DNA of 64,000 nucleotides from an uncultured cyanobacterium. GTDB taxonomy: Bacteria; Cyanobacteriota; Cyanobacteriia; PCC-9006; JAAUQQ01. Below are positions 8,688-20,878 of the stretch, piece by piece. Each line of letters opens with the position of its first letter. Position 1 is the stretch's first letter. The translations under genes and the position numbers were made by a program. The stretch spans positions 832,001 through 896,000 of the forward strand of contig OY970368.1 of assembly GCA_963718615.1 (NCBI GenBank), read 5' to 3'. A model generated the notes under the pieces. That model was not told where the DNA came from. It did not search any database and saw only the letters and a list, made by a program, of their open reading frames with translations.

Positions 8688-8977
8688 GGCTCTAAAGGTA
8701 AGGATGGCTGAAACTCTTTACCAGCATCAATTTCACCAATTTATTACCCTGTGGAAGACGGTAAGTATCTGCCGATGAGATGGCCCAGAGTACCTATTAT
8801 TTCGTGAATATCCTGGCTTTGTAGCTGTAAAACCGTGAGAAAATCCAGGATACTTCAGGTCTATACAGTTTACTCTAAGCGCTGAAAGCTCTGCGTGAAA
8901 GGGGTTGTGGCTATCCTTACCTAAATAGGACTACCGTGTTTGATAATGGCTTGATTATCTAGGCACGGCCCTAGACC

Positions 8978-11900
8978 TCAGATCCCGGCATGATAGTCCT
9001 GAATCGCCCGCACCTCCAAGGGCTGCTGCTGAGTCGCCCGAATCGCAGCCGCTGCCGCTCTTGCGCCAGCAACTGTTGTGATTGTGGGAATCTTGTAAGA
9101 CAGCGCCGTACGCCGGATCGTGCGATCGTCCTCCTGGGCAACCTCCCCAATCGGGGTGTTGATGATCAACTGAATTTCCCCATTCTTAATCGCATCCAGA
9201 ATATGGGGGCGACCCTCATGAACTTTGAGAATGCGATCGACCTTGAGTCCATTTTCCGCCAGGGTGTTGCGCGTGCCCTGGGTCGCAATGGCCGTGAAAC
9301 CCAGATCTAAAAGCTCCTGTACCACGGGGATAATGGCAGGCTTATCGCGATCGTTCATCGAAATAAACACCGTCCCGCCCTCGGGCAAGGCCTGGGACGC
9401 CGCGAGCTCTGCCTTGGCAAAGGCGCGGCCAAAGTCTCGGTCGATGCCCATGACTTCTCCGGTGGACCGCATTTCCGGTCCTAAGATGGTATCCGTGCCG
9501 GGAAAGCGATCGAAGGGCAACACTGCCTCTTTCACCGACATATAGGACGGAATAATTTCGGTGGTGAAATTTAGCTCCGCCAGGGTCTTGCCCGACATCA
9601 CCCGCGAGGCCAATTTCGCTAGGGGCGCGCCGATCGCCTTTGAGACAAAGGGCACCGTTCGTGAGGCCCGAGGGTTGGCTTCGATGATGAAAACTTCATC
9701 CCCCTGGGTAGCGAACTGAATATTCATCAGCCCGATGACCTTGAGCGCCTTGGCCAATTTCACCGTCCATTCCCGAATCGTCGCCAGCGCCGGTTCCGAG
9801 AGGGAGACCGTGGGAATCGAACAGGCGGAGTCGCCGGAGTGGATCCCCGCTTGCTCGATATGTTCCATGATGCCGCCGATGACGACATTGCCTTGGTGGT
9901 CGGCGATCGCATCCACATCCACTTCCGTGGCATTTTCCAGGAACTTGTCAATCAAAATCGGGTGATCCGGCTCCACCTGAACCGCCTTTTGCATATAGCG
10001 TTCCAGGTCTGTGTCGGAGTAGACAATCTCCATAGCCCGACCGCCGAGGACATAACTGGGCCGCACGACGACGGGGTAGCTGATCCGTTGGGCGACGCGC
10101 AGGGCTTCGTTGTAGCTGCGGGCGAGGCCGTTGGGGGGCTGTTTAATCTCTAGCTCCCGCAGAATTTTCTCAAACCGCTCCCGGTCCTCGGCGGTGTCGA
10201 TGGAATCCGGCGAAGTGCCCCAAATTTGCGTTTGGATTGGAGACGAATCGTCAGCGGCAACTCGGTTGAGATAGTCCTGCAAGGGCACCGCCAATTTCAA
10301 CGGGGTCTGGCCGCCAAACTGGATGATCACCCCCTTGGGATTTTCCGCCTCCAAAATATTGAGCACATCTTCCTTGGTGAGGGGTTCGAAGTAGAGGCGA
10401 TCGCTAGTATCATAATCAGTCGAAACCGTCTCCGGATTAGAATTGACCATGATCGTCTCAAAGCCATCCGCCCGCAGCGCAAACGAGGCGTGACAACAGC
10501 AATAGTCAAACTCAATGCCCTGGCCAATGCGATTGGGTCCCCCACCCAAAATCATCACCTTGGGTCGCTCGGATGCCAGGACTTCGGATTCTGGGGCTTG
10601 GCGCTCGATGGTATAGTCGTTGGCGCTGTTTTGGGTGTCAATCACCTCGGAAGCGGTTTCGTAGGTGGAATAGTAGTAGGGGGTGAAGGCTTCAAACTCA
10701 GCAGCGCAGGTGTCCACGGTTTTGTACGTCGGGATGATGCCGAGGGCTTGGCGGTGGCTGCGGACTTCGTCCTCGCTGGTTTTGGTGGCGAAGGCAATTT
10801 GGCGATCGCTAAACCCCCGCTGCTTAATCGCCTGGAGCGTATCGGTATCCAGATCCGCCAGTTTCGATCGCTTGAGAAATTTCTCCACTTCGATCAGCTC
10901 CTGGAATTTATCGAGGAACCAGGGGTCGATCGCCGTCAGTTCAAAGATCTCTTCGTTGCTCATCCCCATCAGCATGGCGTGGCGGATGGTAAAGATGCGA
11001 TCGGGATTAGGCGTACGGAGCTGGGGCAGAATTTTGTTGAGGCTGGGGAGGGTTTCGGGGCGATCGCAACCCCAACCCGCCCGACCGGTTTCCAAGGAAC
11101 GCAGAGCCTTCTGGAACGACTCCAAAAACGTCCGCCCAATGGCCATGGCTTCCCCGACGGATTTCATCTGGGTCGTCAGCACGGGTGGGGTCCCAGCAAA
11201 TTTCTCAAAGGCAAACCGAGGAATTTTTGTTACCACATAGTCGATGGTCGGCTCGAACGAAGCCGGGGTCTTACGGGTAATGTCGTTGGAAATTTCATTG
11301 AGCGAATAGCCCACCGCCAGCTTGGCCGCGATCTTAGCAATGGGGAACCCCGTCGCCTTCGAGGCCAGCGCCGAACTCCGCGACACCCGAGGGTTCATTT
11401 CAATGACAATGACATCGCCATCGACCGGATTGACCGCAAACTGAATATTGGAACCCCCAGTTTCCACACCAATCTCGCGAATAATCTTGATCGACGCATC
11501 TCGCAGCCGCTGATATTCCTTATCCGTCAAGGTTTGAGCCGGGGCCACCGTAATCGAATCCCCCGTATGGATCCCCATGGGATCTAAATTCTCAATGGAG
11601 CAGATAATCACGACGTTATCCGCCAGGTCGCGCATCACCTCTAGCTCATATTCTTTCCAGCCTAGGAGCGACTGCTCGACCAAAATCTGGCTGACGGGAC
11701 TAGCATCGAGACCCGATTGGGTAATGGCCTCAAATTCCTCTTGGTTATAGGCAATGCCCCCCCCGGTGCCCCCCATCGTAAAGGCCGGACGGATAATCAG
11801 CGGGTAGCTACCGATCTGAACCGCCAATTCACGGGCTTCGTCCATGGTTTCGGCGATCCCCGAGGGACAGACCGCGACGCCGATGCGGGCCATGGCTTCC

Positions 11901-12298
11901 TTAAAGAGCAGGCGATCTTCAGCCATTTCGATCGCCGGTAGCTTCGCCCCAATCAGCTCTACACCATATTTGTCCAGGGTGCCATTTTTCGACAGCGACA
12001 CCGCCATATTCAGCGCGGTCTGTCCCCCCATCGTCGGCAAAAGGGCATCAGGGCGCTCTTTTTCAATAATTTTGGCCACCATCTCTGGGGTCAGGGGCTC
12101 AATGTAGGTGCGGTCTGCCATCTCCGGGTCCGTCATAATCGTCGCCGGATTGGAGTTTACGAGAATCACCTCAAAGCCCTCTTCACGTAGCGCTTTGCAG
12201 GCTTGGGTTCCTGAGTAGTCAAACTCACAGGCCTGACCAATCACAATGGGACCGGAGCCCAGGAGCATGATTTTTTTCAGGTCGTTGCGGCGAGGCAT
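8978..12298 (-). CDS. carB: Carbamoyl-phosphate synthase large subunit
   Basis: [37 protein letters not shown]; two ATP-grasp halves and an MGS domain. Confidence 0.99.
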   Translation of the reverse strand: MPRRNDLKKIMLLGSGPIVIGQACEFDYSGTQACKALREEGFEVILVNSNPATIMTDPEMADRTYIEPLTPEMVAKIIEKERPDALLPTMGGQTALNMAVSLSKNGTLDKYGVELIGAKLPAIEMAEDRLLFKEAMARIGVAVCPSGIAETMDEARELAVQIGSYPLIIRPAFTMGGTGGGIAYNQEEFEAITQSGLDASPVSQILVEQSLLGWKEYELEVMRDLADNVVIICSIENLDPMGIHTGDSITVAPAQTLTDKEYQRLRDASIKIIREIGVETGGSNIQFAVNPVDGDVIVIEMNPRVSRSSALASKATGFPIAKIAAKLAVGYSLNEISNDITRKTPASFEPTIDYVVTKIPRFAFEKFAGTPPVLTTQMKSVGEAMAIGRTFLESFQKALRSLETGRAGWGCDRPETLPSLNKILPQLRTPNPDRIFTIRHAMLMGMSNEEIFELTAIDPWFLDKFQELIEVEKFLKRSKLADLDTDTLQAIKQRGFSDRQIAFATKTSEDEVRSHRQALGIIPTYKTVDTCAAEFEAFTPYYYSTYETASEVIDTQNSANDYTIERQAPESEVLASERPKVMILGGGPNRIGQGIEFDYCCCHASFALRADGFETIMVNSNPETVSTDYDTSDRLYFEPLTKEDVLNILEAENPKGVIIQFGGQTPLKLAVPLQDYLNRVAADDSSPIQTQIWGTSPDSIDTAEDRERFEKILRELEIKQPPNGLARSYNEALRVAQRISYPVVVRPSYVLGGRAMEIVYSDTDLERYMQKAVQVEPDHPILIDKFLENATEVDVDAIADHQGNVVIGGIMEHIEQAGIHSGDSACSIPTVSLSEPALATIREWTVKLAKALKVIGLMNIQFATQGDEVFIIEANPRASRTVPFVSKAIGAPLAKLASRVMSGKTLAELNFTTEIIPSYMSVKEAVLPFDRFPGTDTILGPEMRSTGEVMGIDRDFGRAFAKAELAASQALPEGGTVFISMNDRDKPAIIPVVQELLDLGFTAIATQGTRNTLAENGLKVDRILKVHEGRPHILDAIKNGEIQLIINTPIGEVAQEDDRTIRRTALSYKIPTITTVAGARAAAAAIRATQQQPLEVRAIQDYHAGI

Positions 12299-12615
12299 AG
12301 GTAAGGAAAAGGAAGACGCTAGCAGATCCAGACTATTCTACGGTCTTGGGGGAATGGGATTTGGCTCATTCGATGCCTTATCAAGGGTTATTGAAAATTT
12401 GCAGGATAGGTTTAAGGTTTGACAAAATGGTTGTGGCGTTTTTTTACGTTTCCCATCCCTCTATTACAAATCGTCGTAAAACAGAAAGGGTTTCTTGGCT
12501 TGACCCGAGCCTCAGAGAGGAAGCATGAAGCGACAGCCTTTGCAATAGGCTGTTACAATTTGGCTATTACTGGAATAACTCCAACCACTATTCACATCGA
12601 GGACAGCGTCGATCT

Positions 12616-13287
12616 ATGGCAGCCTTTGCAAACACCGCAAGGTCGGAAATGAGTGAGCTCCAGCGACTGAAAAGTTTGCTGCCGCCTGAGCTTCAGAGTT
12701 GGGTGTTTGTGGAAGCGGCAACGGCTGTCGATCCACCGCTGATTGCCTGTGAGGAAATTGGCAAGGATGAGGTGGAAATCCAGATAGATTTAATTCGCTG
12801 GGAGCAATTTGCCCTCGACCAGCGTAATTTGCTTTTTTGGCATGAGGTCGCGCGCGTTCAGAATGACACCATTCCCCGCGATGGTTGGGAAATGGCAGCC
12901 TTGGCGATCGGCCTGGGGGGCGCGGTGGGTGAGCTCTGGGTCCAAGACGGTTTGCTGTTGCTCTTAGCCCTGGGGCTTTCGGGATTTGCGGGGTACCGGC
13001 TCTATGCGCGCAATAATGGCGAAAAGCGCTTGCAGGAGGCGATCGAGGCGGATGAGCGGGCGATCGCCCTCGCCACCCGTTTTGGCTATTCTCTCCCCAA
13101 TGCCTACCGCAGCTTGGGCAGTGCCCTCAAGGCGGTGATTGAACAAACTCCCAAAAAGAAAAAGCGCAGTTTCTACGATTCCCGGCTTCAGGCCCTGCGG
13201 CGCAGCGCTGCCAAGGCCAAGGCCAAGGCCAAAGCTACCCAAGATGACCCCCTGGGCGTGCCTCGCTCTGAAAACGTCTACGGCTAG
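12616..13287 (+). CDS. DUF3318-family membrane protein
   Basis: ELQRLKSLLPPELQSWV...LLFWHEVARVQNDTIPRDGWE, a conserved cyanobacterial pattern. Confidence 0.8.
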   Translation: MAAFANTARSEMSELQRLKSLLPPELQSWVFVEAATAVDPPLIACEEIGKDEVEIQIDLIRWEQFALDQRNLLFWHEVARVQNDTIPRDGWEMAALAIGLGGAVGELWVQDGLLLLLALGLSGFAGYRLYARNNGEKRLQEAIEADERAIALATRFGYSLPNAYRSLGSALKAVIEQTPKKKKRSFYDSRLQALRRSAAKAKAKAKATQDDPLGVPRSENVYG

Positions 13288-14087
13288 ATGGCTAGATTGT
13301 CTTCTCCCCGATAAACGGTTTGCGTTTTCCAATCCTCTGGCCAGAGAAAGGCCGGAGGTTTTTTATGGCCTGCGTCTGTCCCGTCGTGATCGCTAAAATC
13401 CAGAGCTTTCAGGAAAAATTCCTAAATGGATTCTCCTAAGTTCTTGGTAAAAAATGCTTCGTAAAAAAATACTTTGCAAAAAGCTTGAAATCCTGTGGAT
13501 GTAACGGAGCAATAAAATTTTTCAAATCTGAACTGCAAAACTTGCTATCTCTATGAAAAATAGGTAATTTTTTATACTATAAAGGAATGTTTTGTTGCCG
13601 TTTTAAGCCATCGGCTCTGTCACGGAAGAGTTCGTTGAGTGGTTGCAGGCTGAGGGGAAAATTCCAAGGCTTTTGGCGGAGTGATTGATGGTGTTTAAGT
13701 CGCGTCTTTGTTGTTCCCTAAGATTTGATAAAGCTTCTTTGAGTCACTCCATCCCCAGGAACTTTCAAGAACCGTTAAGCAACAGGAAGAAGCGGGAAAC
13801 ATAATCCTAGCGCCCCAATGATTTTCAGCAGATTATTTGTCGTTTTCTATCCGACAAATCTATTCACCATCGGTTATAGGCTCTTGAGTCATTAGTATCG
13901 ATGAATGGATTGTTTCTCAGCTTGAGGATAATCTCATATCAATCATCAGGGTGTGTCTCCTTAAACCTGCTATGTAGTGTCGACGATTCAATGCAATGGG
14001 TGAAGTGAGTCGTCAGCGTTCGGACAGTCTCTCTGGTAACCGGCATGTTTGCCATTGGTGGTACAGTCAACGACTTAACGTTCCAGA

Positions 14088-15401
14088 ATGCGAATTCTTA
14101 TCTATTCCTACAACTATCATCCAGAGCCCATTGGGATTGCGCCCCTCATGACCGAGCTGGCGGAAGGATTGGTCAAACGGGGTCATGAAGTTCGGGTGGT
14201 GACCGGCATGCCCAACTATCCAGAACGTCAAATTCACCCGGATTACCGTAAAAAGCTCTATGTCACTGAAGAACGACAGGGTGTCACGATTCAACGCAGC
14301 TACATGTGGGTTCGCCCCAATCCAGGCTTGATCGATCGCATCCTGCTGGATGGCAGTTTTGTGGTCACCAGCTTTTTCCAAGCCTTACGGGGATGGCGGC
14401 CAGATTTGGTTATGCTGACTGCGCCTCCGCTGCCGGTTTCGGTGCCTGCTTCGATGCTGGGATTACTGTATTCTTGCCCGGTCGTCTTGAATCTCCAAGA
14501 TATTCTTCCTGATGCGGCGATTCATCTGGGCATCCTCAAAAATCCGGCCATGATCCGCGTTTTTGAATCCCTAGAACGGTTTGCTTATCGCAGCTCTACG
14601 GCTATTAGCGTGATTACCGATAAGTTTACGGATAACCTTCAGACTAAAGGTGTGAATCCCAAGAAGATTCACTGCATTCCGAACTGGGTTGATGTTTCTT
14701 TTATTCGGCCCCTGCCGAAACAACCCAATGCCTTTCGGACGGCCCAAGGGTTAGAAGATAAATTTGTGGTGCTTTATTCGGGCAATATTGCCCATAGCCA
14801 AGGCATTGAAACGGTCTTGCGAGCTGCGGCCCAGTTGATCCATGTGCCGGAACTCGTCTTTGTGATTGTGGGTGAAGCCAACGCTGTAGAGCGGCTCCAG
14901 CAATGGTGTATTGACCAGGAGATTTCGCTCGACAATATTCGGCTGCTGGAGCTTCAACCGCGCAAGGATTTGCCGACCATGTTGGCTGCCGCCGATGTGG
15001 GGTTGATTGTGCAAAAACGCAATGTTGTGGCTTTCAATATGCCGTCCAAAACTCAAGTCTTGATGGCAAGCGGTCGTCCGATTGTGGCTTCGGTTCCTGG
15101 CGATGGGCCTGCTGCGGAGGCGGTGCGGGATTCCCAGGCGGGGTTAGTTGTGAGTCCGGAAACGCCTGAAGAGTTGGCCCAGGCGGTTCTCAGTCTCTAT
15201 GAACAGCCGGAGAAAGCCGCGCAAATGGGCCAAAATGGTCGTCAGTATGCCCTGGACCATTACAGTTTTGAGGCCTCGCTCAATCGCTATGAAGACTTGT
15301 TTGAGGCGGTTATTGCTCCGGCAGAGTCAACGGCTTCGTCAGAGTCAACGGTTTCTCCCAGTCCTCGTCGAGCGGTACCGGGTATGTCTGGGACTCGCTA
15401 A
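14088..15401 (+). CDS. Glycosyltransferase family 4 (WcaI-like)
   Basis: MRILIYSYNYHPEPIGIAPLMTELAEGL...GMPNYP...MPSKTQVLMASGRPIV. Confidence 0.92.
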   Translation: MRILIYSYNYHPEPIGIAPLMTELAEGLVKRGHEVRVVTGMPNYPERQIHPDYRKKLYVTEERQGVTIQRSYMWVRPNPGLIDRILLDGSFVVTSFFQALRGWRPDLVMLTAPPLPVSVPASMLGLLYSCPVVLNLQDILPDAAIHLGILKNPAMIRVFESLERFAYRSSTAISVITDKFTDNLQTKGVNPKKIHCIPNWVDVSFIRPLPKQPNAFRTAQGLEDKFVVLYSGNIAHSQGIETVLRAAAQLIHVPELVFVIVGEANAVERLQQWCIDQEISLDNIRLLELQPRKDLPTMLAAADVGLIVQKRNVVAFNMPSKTQVLMASGRPIVASVPGDGPAAEAVRDSQAGLVVSPETPEELAQAVLSLYEQPEKAAQMGQNGRQYALDHYSFEASLNRYEDLFEAVIAPAESTASSESTVSPSPRRAVPGMSGTR

Positions 15402-15634
15402 GGACTCAGGCCAGGGTCAGGGGGCCATCGGGGCAGTTAGGGGATAATTTAGGATTGCGAAAAGATTGCGAAATTTGGAGAAACATGTAGAGAGTTGTGC
15501 AAGGACCCTGGGGAGCCCCTATCGCCTTGGGATGGGTGGGCTAAAATGAAAGTCAGCTGCGTGATTCGATCGCGTTGCTACATTTCATCAATGCGTTTTA
15601 AATGCATTTCATCAAAGGGAGTCTCCGTTTGCCC

Positions 15635-16093
15635 ATGAGTAAATCCTTGCCCGTCAATGCGAATGCCTTCTCCACGGCTCGTCCTATTTCTCAGGTTTCT
15701 CTGGTGGATCCCCATGACCCTAGTTTGGCACTGGCATTAGCTGCGGTCACTGCCGCCGACGATCGCAAGGGTGTTGATTTAATTTTGCTGAAGGTCTCAG
15801 AGATTGCCTATCTTGCGGACTATTTTGTAATTGTGTCGGGCTATTCGCCAGTTCAGGTGAAGGCGATCGCCCGTTCCATTGAGGAAGAATTGGCTGACCA
15901 GTTTCAGCGTCGTCCGCTGCGACGGGAAGGCATGGGCGATGCCCGCTGGGTGTTGCAGGATTATGGCGAATTGGTGATCCATATCTTTTTGCCCGATGAG
16001 CGAGAGTTTTACAACCTTGAAGCCTTTTGGAGTCATGGCGAAGTGGTCGATTGGCAAGCGCTCTTACCCGAATCGGTTCAGTCCCACGCCTAG
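15635..16093 (+). CDS. rsfS: Ribosome silencing factor
   Basis: AADDRKG...ADYFVIVSG...WVLQDYGELVIHIF...REFYNLEAFW. Start uncertain (15602 or 15635). Confidence 0.95.
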   Translation: MSKSLPVNANAFSTARPISQVSLVDPHDPSLALALAAVTAADDRKGVDLILLKVSEIAYLADYFVIVSGYSPVQVKAIARSIEEELADQFQRRPLRREGMGDARWVLQDYGELVIHIFLPDEREFYNLEAFWSHGEVVDWQALLPESVQSHA

Positions 16094-16150
16094 TCTCTAA
16101 AACTCCGCTAAAGTGAAGCTATCGACTACGTTGGCTGCGGATGAGTTCGG

Positions 16151-16654
16151 ATGAATATGGAGCCTCCTGCCCTACCTTGTCCTGTTCCGGAGGAGCAGCA
16201 ACCGCTGAACGAGTATCGCGAACTCCAGGAATCCTGGTTTTTTAGCTGGGCAATGTTGCCCCGAATGCCTTTTCTTCAGAGGCTAGGGGCGATCGCGTTG
16301 TTGAACTGGGGTTTGGCAGCCCCCGTCAGTGCGGCAAGCTTTGCACCGCAGCGCTGGCTTGGGCAGTTTATTTTGGCGAGCACCGCCGGATCGCTGCTCT
16401 TGCCGACGTTTGTTCTGATTCAGCTTTATTTGGGCTGGACTTATGTGCGCGATCGCCTTAAAAATCCCAAGGTTTTTTACGAGGAATCGGGCTGGTACGA
16501 CGGTCAATATTGGACAAAGCCCTCCGAGGTGCTGGTGCAGGATCGATTGGTTGTGACCTATCAAATTCAGCCCCTGTTGCGCCGAATAGAAAAGGCCCTA
16601 GGGCTGATTGCCCTACTGTTGCTCGGTGCCTTAGCGGGTTGGCAGTTGTTGTAA
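16151..16654 (+). CDS. CGLD27/Ycf36 (DUF1230) family protein
   Basis: CPVPEEQQPLNEYREL...LYLGWTYVRDRL...YEESGWYDGQ. Confidence 0.9.
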   Translation: MNMEPPALPCPVPEEQQPLNEYRELQESWFFSWAMLPRMPFLQRLGAIALLNWGLAAPVSAASFAPQRWLGQFILASTAGSLLLPTFVLIQLYLGWTYVRDRLKNPKVFYEESGWYDGQYWTKPSEVLVQDRLVVTYQIQPLLRRIEKALGLIALLLLGALAGWQLL

Positions 16655-16678
16655 ACCACATGGATGTAGTAAGGATTT

Positions 16679-17677
16679 ATGAGCAGGCGATCGCCCACGA
16701 CCACCCATCCCTTGGAGGTAAAGCTTCTTCGAGAGGGGATTGTTGAATCCACCCATCGCGTCCATGCGGCGGTTTGCGATTCCCGAGGACGGTTGTTGAT
16801 GGCTGCTGGAGATCCAGAAGCGGGCTATTTTATTCGCTCAGCCCTTAAGCCCTTTCAAGCTTTAGCCGCCGTGGTGACGGGAACGTTGGCCCATTATGAA
16901 CTGGGCGATGCGGATCTCGCGATTATGTGTGCTTCCCATCAGGGCGATGTGGCCCAGGCGAGGCAGGCTTTTAATGTCCTGTGGAAATGCGATCTAGAGC
17001 CCTCGGTACTGCAATGTCCGACGCCGGAACATCGCCGCAGTCCCCTGGAGCACAATTGTTCGGGTAAACATGCAGGCATGCTGGCGGTTTGTCACCATTG
17101 CGGTTGGACTACCCATGACTATATGAACCGTCGCCACCCGGTTCAGCAGTTAATCGGCAATCAGGTGGCGGAACTGCTGGGGATGCCTGCGGCGGAGCTG
17201 ATTACGGCAAGGGATGATTGTGGGGTGCCAACCTATCTGATGCCGCTCCACCAGATGGCCGTGCTCTATGCCCATTTAGCCTCTAGCAATTCGCTGGAGC
17301 TAGAGCGGATTTCCCGTGCGATGCTCCACCATCCTGAATTAATTGCGGGCGAAGGACAGTTTGATACGGAGCTCATGAAGTTGACCTATGCCGTTGCTTC
17401 TCAGGATCGTTCTGCCCCAGCAGCTTCGGTACAGGGCGCGCTAGTGAGTAAGGCGGGTGCGGAAGGCATTCAATGTATTGGTCGTTTGGGAGAAGGTCTG
17501 GGGTTGGCAATTAAGGTCCAAGATGGGGCAAAGCGAGCCAAGTATGCGGTGGCGATTCACTTGCTACGGCAGTTGGGGTGGATTAGCCCGATGTTGGCTG
17601 AGCAGCTTGCCGATGGTTTTCTGAGCCTGAGCGCGACTAAGCGCCTAGAGGTCACAGGGGAACTGACGCTGGTTTGA
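16679..17677 (+). CDS. L-asparaginase II family protein
   Basis: RSALKPFQA, ASHQG, HNCSGKHAGML, SKAGAEG and KVQDG motifs. Confidence 0.92.
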   Translation: MSRRSPTTTHPLEVKLLREGIVESTHRVHAAVCDSRGRLLMAAGDPEAGYFIRSALKPFQALAAVVTGTLAHYELGDADLAIMCASHQGDVAQARQAFNVLWKCDLEPSVLQCPTPEHRRSPLEHNCSGKHAGMLAVCHHCGWTTHDYMNRRHPVQQLIGNQVAELLGMPAAELITARDDCGVPTYLMPLHQMAVLYAHLASSNSLELERISRAMLHHPELIAGEGQFDTELMKLTYAVASQDRSAPAASVQGALVSKAGAEGIQCIGRLGEGLGLAIKVQDGAKRAKYAVAIHLLRQLGWISPMLAEQLADGFLSLSATKRLEVTGELTLV

Positions 17678-17799
17678 GGTGAAAAGGGCGATCGCCCCAA
17701 ACCAATCGCTCCAAACCAGTTGCCCCAGGGATGAATCAGGATATTTCAAACGATTTGTGCAGAACCATCGATTGTGGGTTATAGTAAGGAAACCGGCGA

Positions 17800-18110
<311 letters not shown>

Positions 18111-18116
18111 CTTTAT

Positions 18117-18150
18117 AAAAAGGCATCTAGTTCAACTAGGTGTCTTTTTT
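18117..18150 (+). terminator. Intrinsic terminator after tRNA-fMet
   Basis: Hairpin ggcatctag-ttcaa-ctaggtgtc followed by a T run. Confidence 0.75.
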
Positions 18151-18210
18151 ATTTAGTTTGTTTTGTCCCAATTTTTAGTTGTTATCGAATTTTGGCTTTC
18201 ACCAACTTGG

Positions 18211-18798
18211 ATGATGTCCTCTCAAATTTTGGCCAGTACGAAACTTAAAGGTGATATTGCAGAGCAAGCCGTAATTCTTCAGGCGCTCAAGCGAGGATGG
18301 GGCGTTCTCCAGCCTGTTGGCGATCGCCTTCCCTATGATTTAGTGTTCGACGTTCATGGAAACTTGGTTAAAATCCAAGTCAAATCAGCTTGGTTTCACG
18401 AATCTTCTCGCAACTATGTAGTCGATAATCGCAGAACGCAGACCAATCGTCGAACAATGAAACGAGAACCCTATGGAGCTTCAGACTTTCATTTTGCCAT
18501 TGTGTATCTTGAGCCCTTAGAAGTTTTTTATATTTTTCCAGTGCAGGTTTTTATCGACTATGGTAGTGAAATTCATTTTGTTGAGGAAGAAAAGCGGCAG
18601 AGAAAGCCGCGTTCAGCTCAGTACCGAGAGGCTTGGTCCCTGATTGACGCGGCTTGCAAGCTAGAGCCCCTGAGCCTAGATCCTTCGATCCGAGATCAGT
18701 CTACTGAAGATAACGTAGGATCCCACGGGCGATCGCCCGAGCCATCCGCGTGCGGAACTCAGGACTCGCCAACTTACGAGAATCTTCCGCACCGGTGA
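18211..18798 (+). CDS. Free-standing PD-(D/E)XK homing endonuclease, I-Ssp6803I-like
   Basis: STKLKGDIAEQAVILQALKRGWGVLQPVGDRLPYDLVFDV...KIQVKS...YVVDNRRTQTNRR...YGSEIHFVEEEKRQRKPRSAQYREAW closely follows the I-Ssp6803I sequence as I recall it. Start may be 18211, 18214 or 18229. Confidence 0.9.
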   Translation: MMSSQILASTKLKGDIAEQAVILQALKRGWGVLQPVGDRLPYDLVFDVHGNLVKIQVKSAWFHESSRNYVVDNRRTQTNRRTMKREPYGASDFHFAIVYLEPLEVFYIFPVQVFIDYGSEIHFVEEEKRQRKPRSAQYREAWSLIDAACKLEPLSLDPSIRDQSTEDNVGSHGRSPEPSACGTQDSPTYENLPHR

Positions 18799-20599
18799 TA
18801 AAGCCTGTCTCGATTAATACCGCAGGCATCGACGTGCGGCGCAGCACATAAAACCGAGCCTGACGAACCCCGCGATCGCCCATATTAATACTTTCCAAAA
18901 TGCTGCGATGAATCGTCTGCGCCAGCGATTGGCCCGAAGAATAGTAATAACTCTCCACCCCATTCACTTCCGGTCGCGACAAACTAATCGCATTGGCATG
19001 GATGCTGACAAACAGCGTAGCATTGGCATTTTCCGCAATATCTACGCGGGGCTGAAGATCCAAATCAAACTCCGCATTCCGCGTCATGATCACCTGGACC
19101 CCCTGCTGCTGCAAGAGCGCCGTGATTTGCCGGCTGATATCTAGCACAATATCCGTTTCCCGTAGGCCATTCCCTACAGCCCCTGGGTCCGGTCCGCCAT
19201 GGCCCGGATCAATCACCACCACCGCCCGGCGATTAACTCTGGGTAAATCAATATCTACGGATCCCGTCGGGGGCGTTAACGTTGGCCCTGTGGGGGGAAA
19301 GGGGTTAGAAGGCGTCGTGGGTAACGGTGTGGGAGGTGTGACAGAAATCGTGTTTTGACGCTGCAACGGCAATGCCAGCAGATTCCGCGTCGGCACCTGC
19401 AACGTCCCTAAATTGACGCCCTTATCCGGCGTGACGCGAATTTCGACATTTTGGGCGCTTTGCTGCTGGATTTTGATTTGACGGAGGCGATCGCCCACAT
19501 ACAATCGAGGCTCTTGAACAGTATCGGCCAGTTGTGCCGGTGACAAACTCAGCACATACTCTGACCCCTCCCAACGAGTAACATATTTGACCGGCTGATC
19601 CACCTGCACCAAAAGCTGGTTATTGCCTCGGTCGAGGGATACCGATTGCAGCGTTGCTACCCGGTTCGATGGGGGCACATTGGGAGAAGGCGGTGTTGTT
19701 GCGGCTGAACCCGAAGGACTGCCGGTTGCCTCGGTGGGCTGAGGCCGCTCCTTGGGCAAAAACACAATGCCGTTAAAGTTGCTTACTGTTGCTTGCCAGT
19801 CTGGAGCATCCTGGGTGACCTTGAGGCTGAGCTGAGCCACGGGAGGCGTCGTACTTTTTTGGGACAGCGTCATTTGCTGGACACCCAGTTGAGGAGCTGC
19901 CGTGGGAACGGCGATCGCCCCTGCGGCCAGAGCCGTCTCTCGAATTTCTAGATCAATCGTGCGGCGATCGCGACTACGGCGAACCTTCACCTTCGGATTT
20001 TTGCCACTGGTGCGCAGAAACAAACCATCAGCGGTCGTGCGCACTTCTTCGATTTGGGTTGGAGCAGTAACCGCTGGATTCCCCGATACCGTCGTTCCTG
20101 GCTGCGTTCCTAGCTGCGTTCCTGGCTTAAGCGCTGTGGGCTGTGTGCCCACCGAACCGGTTACCCCGGAGGAAATACCGCTTCCACCACTCGCCGCCGC
20201 CGTTTCTAGCTGTGCTTCAGGGAGCTCGATCGCCCAGGTTGTGGCGCTAATGCCTCGCACCATCACCTTGGTCGGATCCAAGGTATAGCCCCGCTCTAGT
20301 TCAATCACAATTCTGGTCGTTTGGGCATCAAACTGGCCAATTCGGTAGGACTGGATTCCGCGTCCTACGGGCTCTCGAACCTGGGAGCGACCGAGTTTGG
20401 TACCTGGCAGATCGACGACCACCCGAGTTGGGTTAAAAATTAGTTGTGCCCGAGGCTGAATTTGGCTATCCGTCGAAAATTCAAGACGATTCTGCCCCTG
20501 GTCAAAACGCCAGCGCAGGAGATTAGCCGCTTCAGCTGGCCAAGAGAACACCAGCACGCCCAGCAGACTCAGCAAGAGCCAGCGGATTTTGAACACCAT
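18701..20599 (-). CDS. N-acetylmuramoyl-L-alanine amidase with AMIN domains (AmiC-like)
   Basis: Signal peptide, AMIN repeats, then VIDPGHGG...FVSIHAN...PAVLIETGF. Confidence 0.95.
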   Translation of the reverse strand: MVFKIRWLLLSLLGVLVFSWPAEAANLLRWRFDQGQNRLEFSTDSQIQPRAQLIFNPTRVVVDLPGTKLGRSQVREPVGRGIQSYRIGQFDAQTTRIVIELERGYTLDPTKVMVRGISATTWAIELPEAQLETAAASGGSGISSGVTGSVGTQPTALKPGTQLGTQPGTTVSGNPAVTAPTQIEEVRTTADGLFLRTSGKNPKVKVRRSRDRRTIDLEIRETALAAGAIAVPTAAPQLGVQQMTLSQKSTTPPVAQLSLKVTQDAPDWQATVSNFNGIVFLPKERPQPTEATGSPSGSAATTPPSPNVPPSNRVATLQSVSLDRGNNQLLVQVDQPVKYVTRWEGSEYVLSLSPAQLADTVQEPRLYVGDRLRQIKIQQQSAQNVEIRVTPDKGVNLGTLQVPTRNLLALPLQRQNTISVTPPTPLPTTPSNPFPPTGPTLTPPTGSVDIDLPRVNRRAVVVIDPGHGGPDPGAVGNGLRETDIVLDISRQITALLQQQGVQVIMTRNAEFDLDLQPRVDIAENANATLFVSIHANAISLSRPEVNGVESYYYSSGQSLAQTIHRSILESINMGDRGVRQARFYVLRRTSMPAVLIETGFITGAEDSRKLASPEFRTRMARAIARGILRYLQ

Positions 20600-20878
20600 C
20601 GTTTACCGTTCCTCTGTGTGCAGAGTAAAAGCCCAGTCCTGTCGGGCTGGGAGCCTTTTCAGGCAAGCGATCTAGCCGATTTTCCGACCCATTGGAGAGT
20701 CGGGTTCGTTTAGCGCTTACATAGGATAGCAGTAGATTTAACCTACGGTGCCATGGGGGTGGGAACCCATAGAGTTGTTATTCTTTCACCCTCTTCCGCT
20801 AATTCGCGTAGAGAGATATCTAATAACCAAGACGTGACCAAGACGTGGCCAAGATGTGATTGGGGGGTGGAACTAGCG

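Noticed and set aside
3400-8700. Integron or IS-derived island
   Set aside because: No integrase, transposase, attC-like palindromes or terminal inverted repeats were recognised.
10226-11587. 453-aa plus-strand ORF
   Set aside because: Antisense shadow of carB. The same applies to 28701-29558 (lpxD) and 32832-33668 (EF-G-like).
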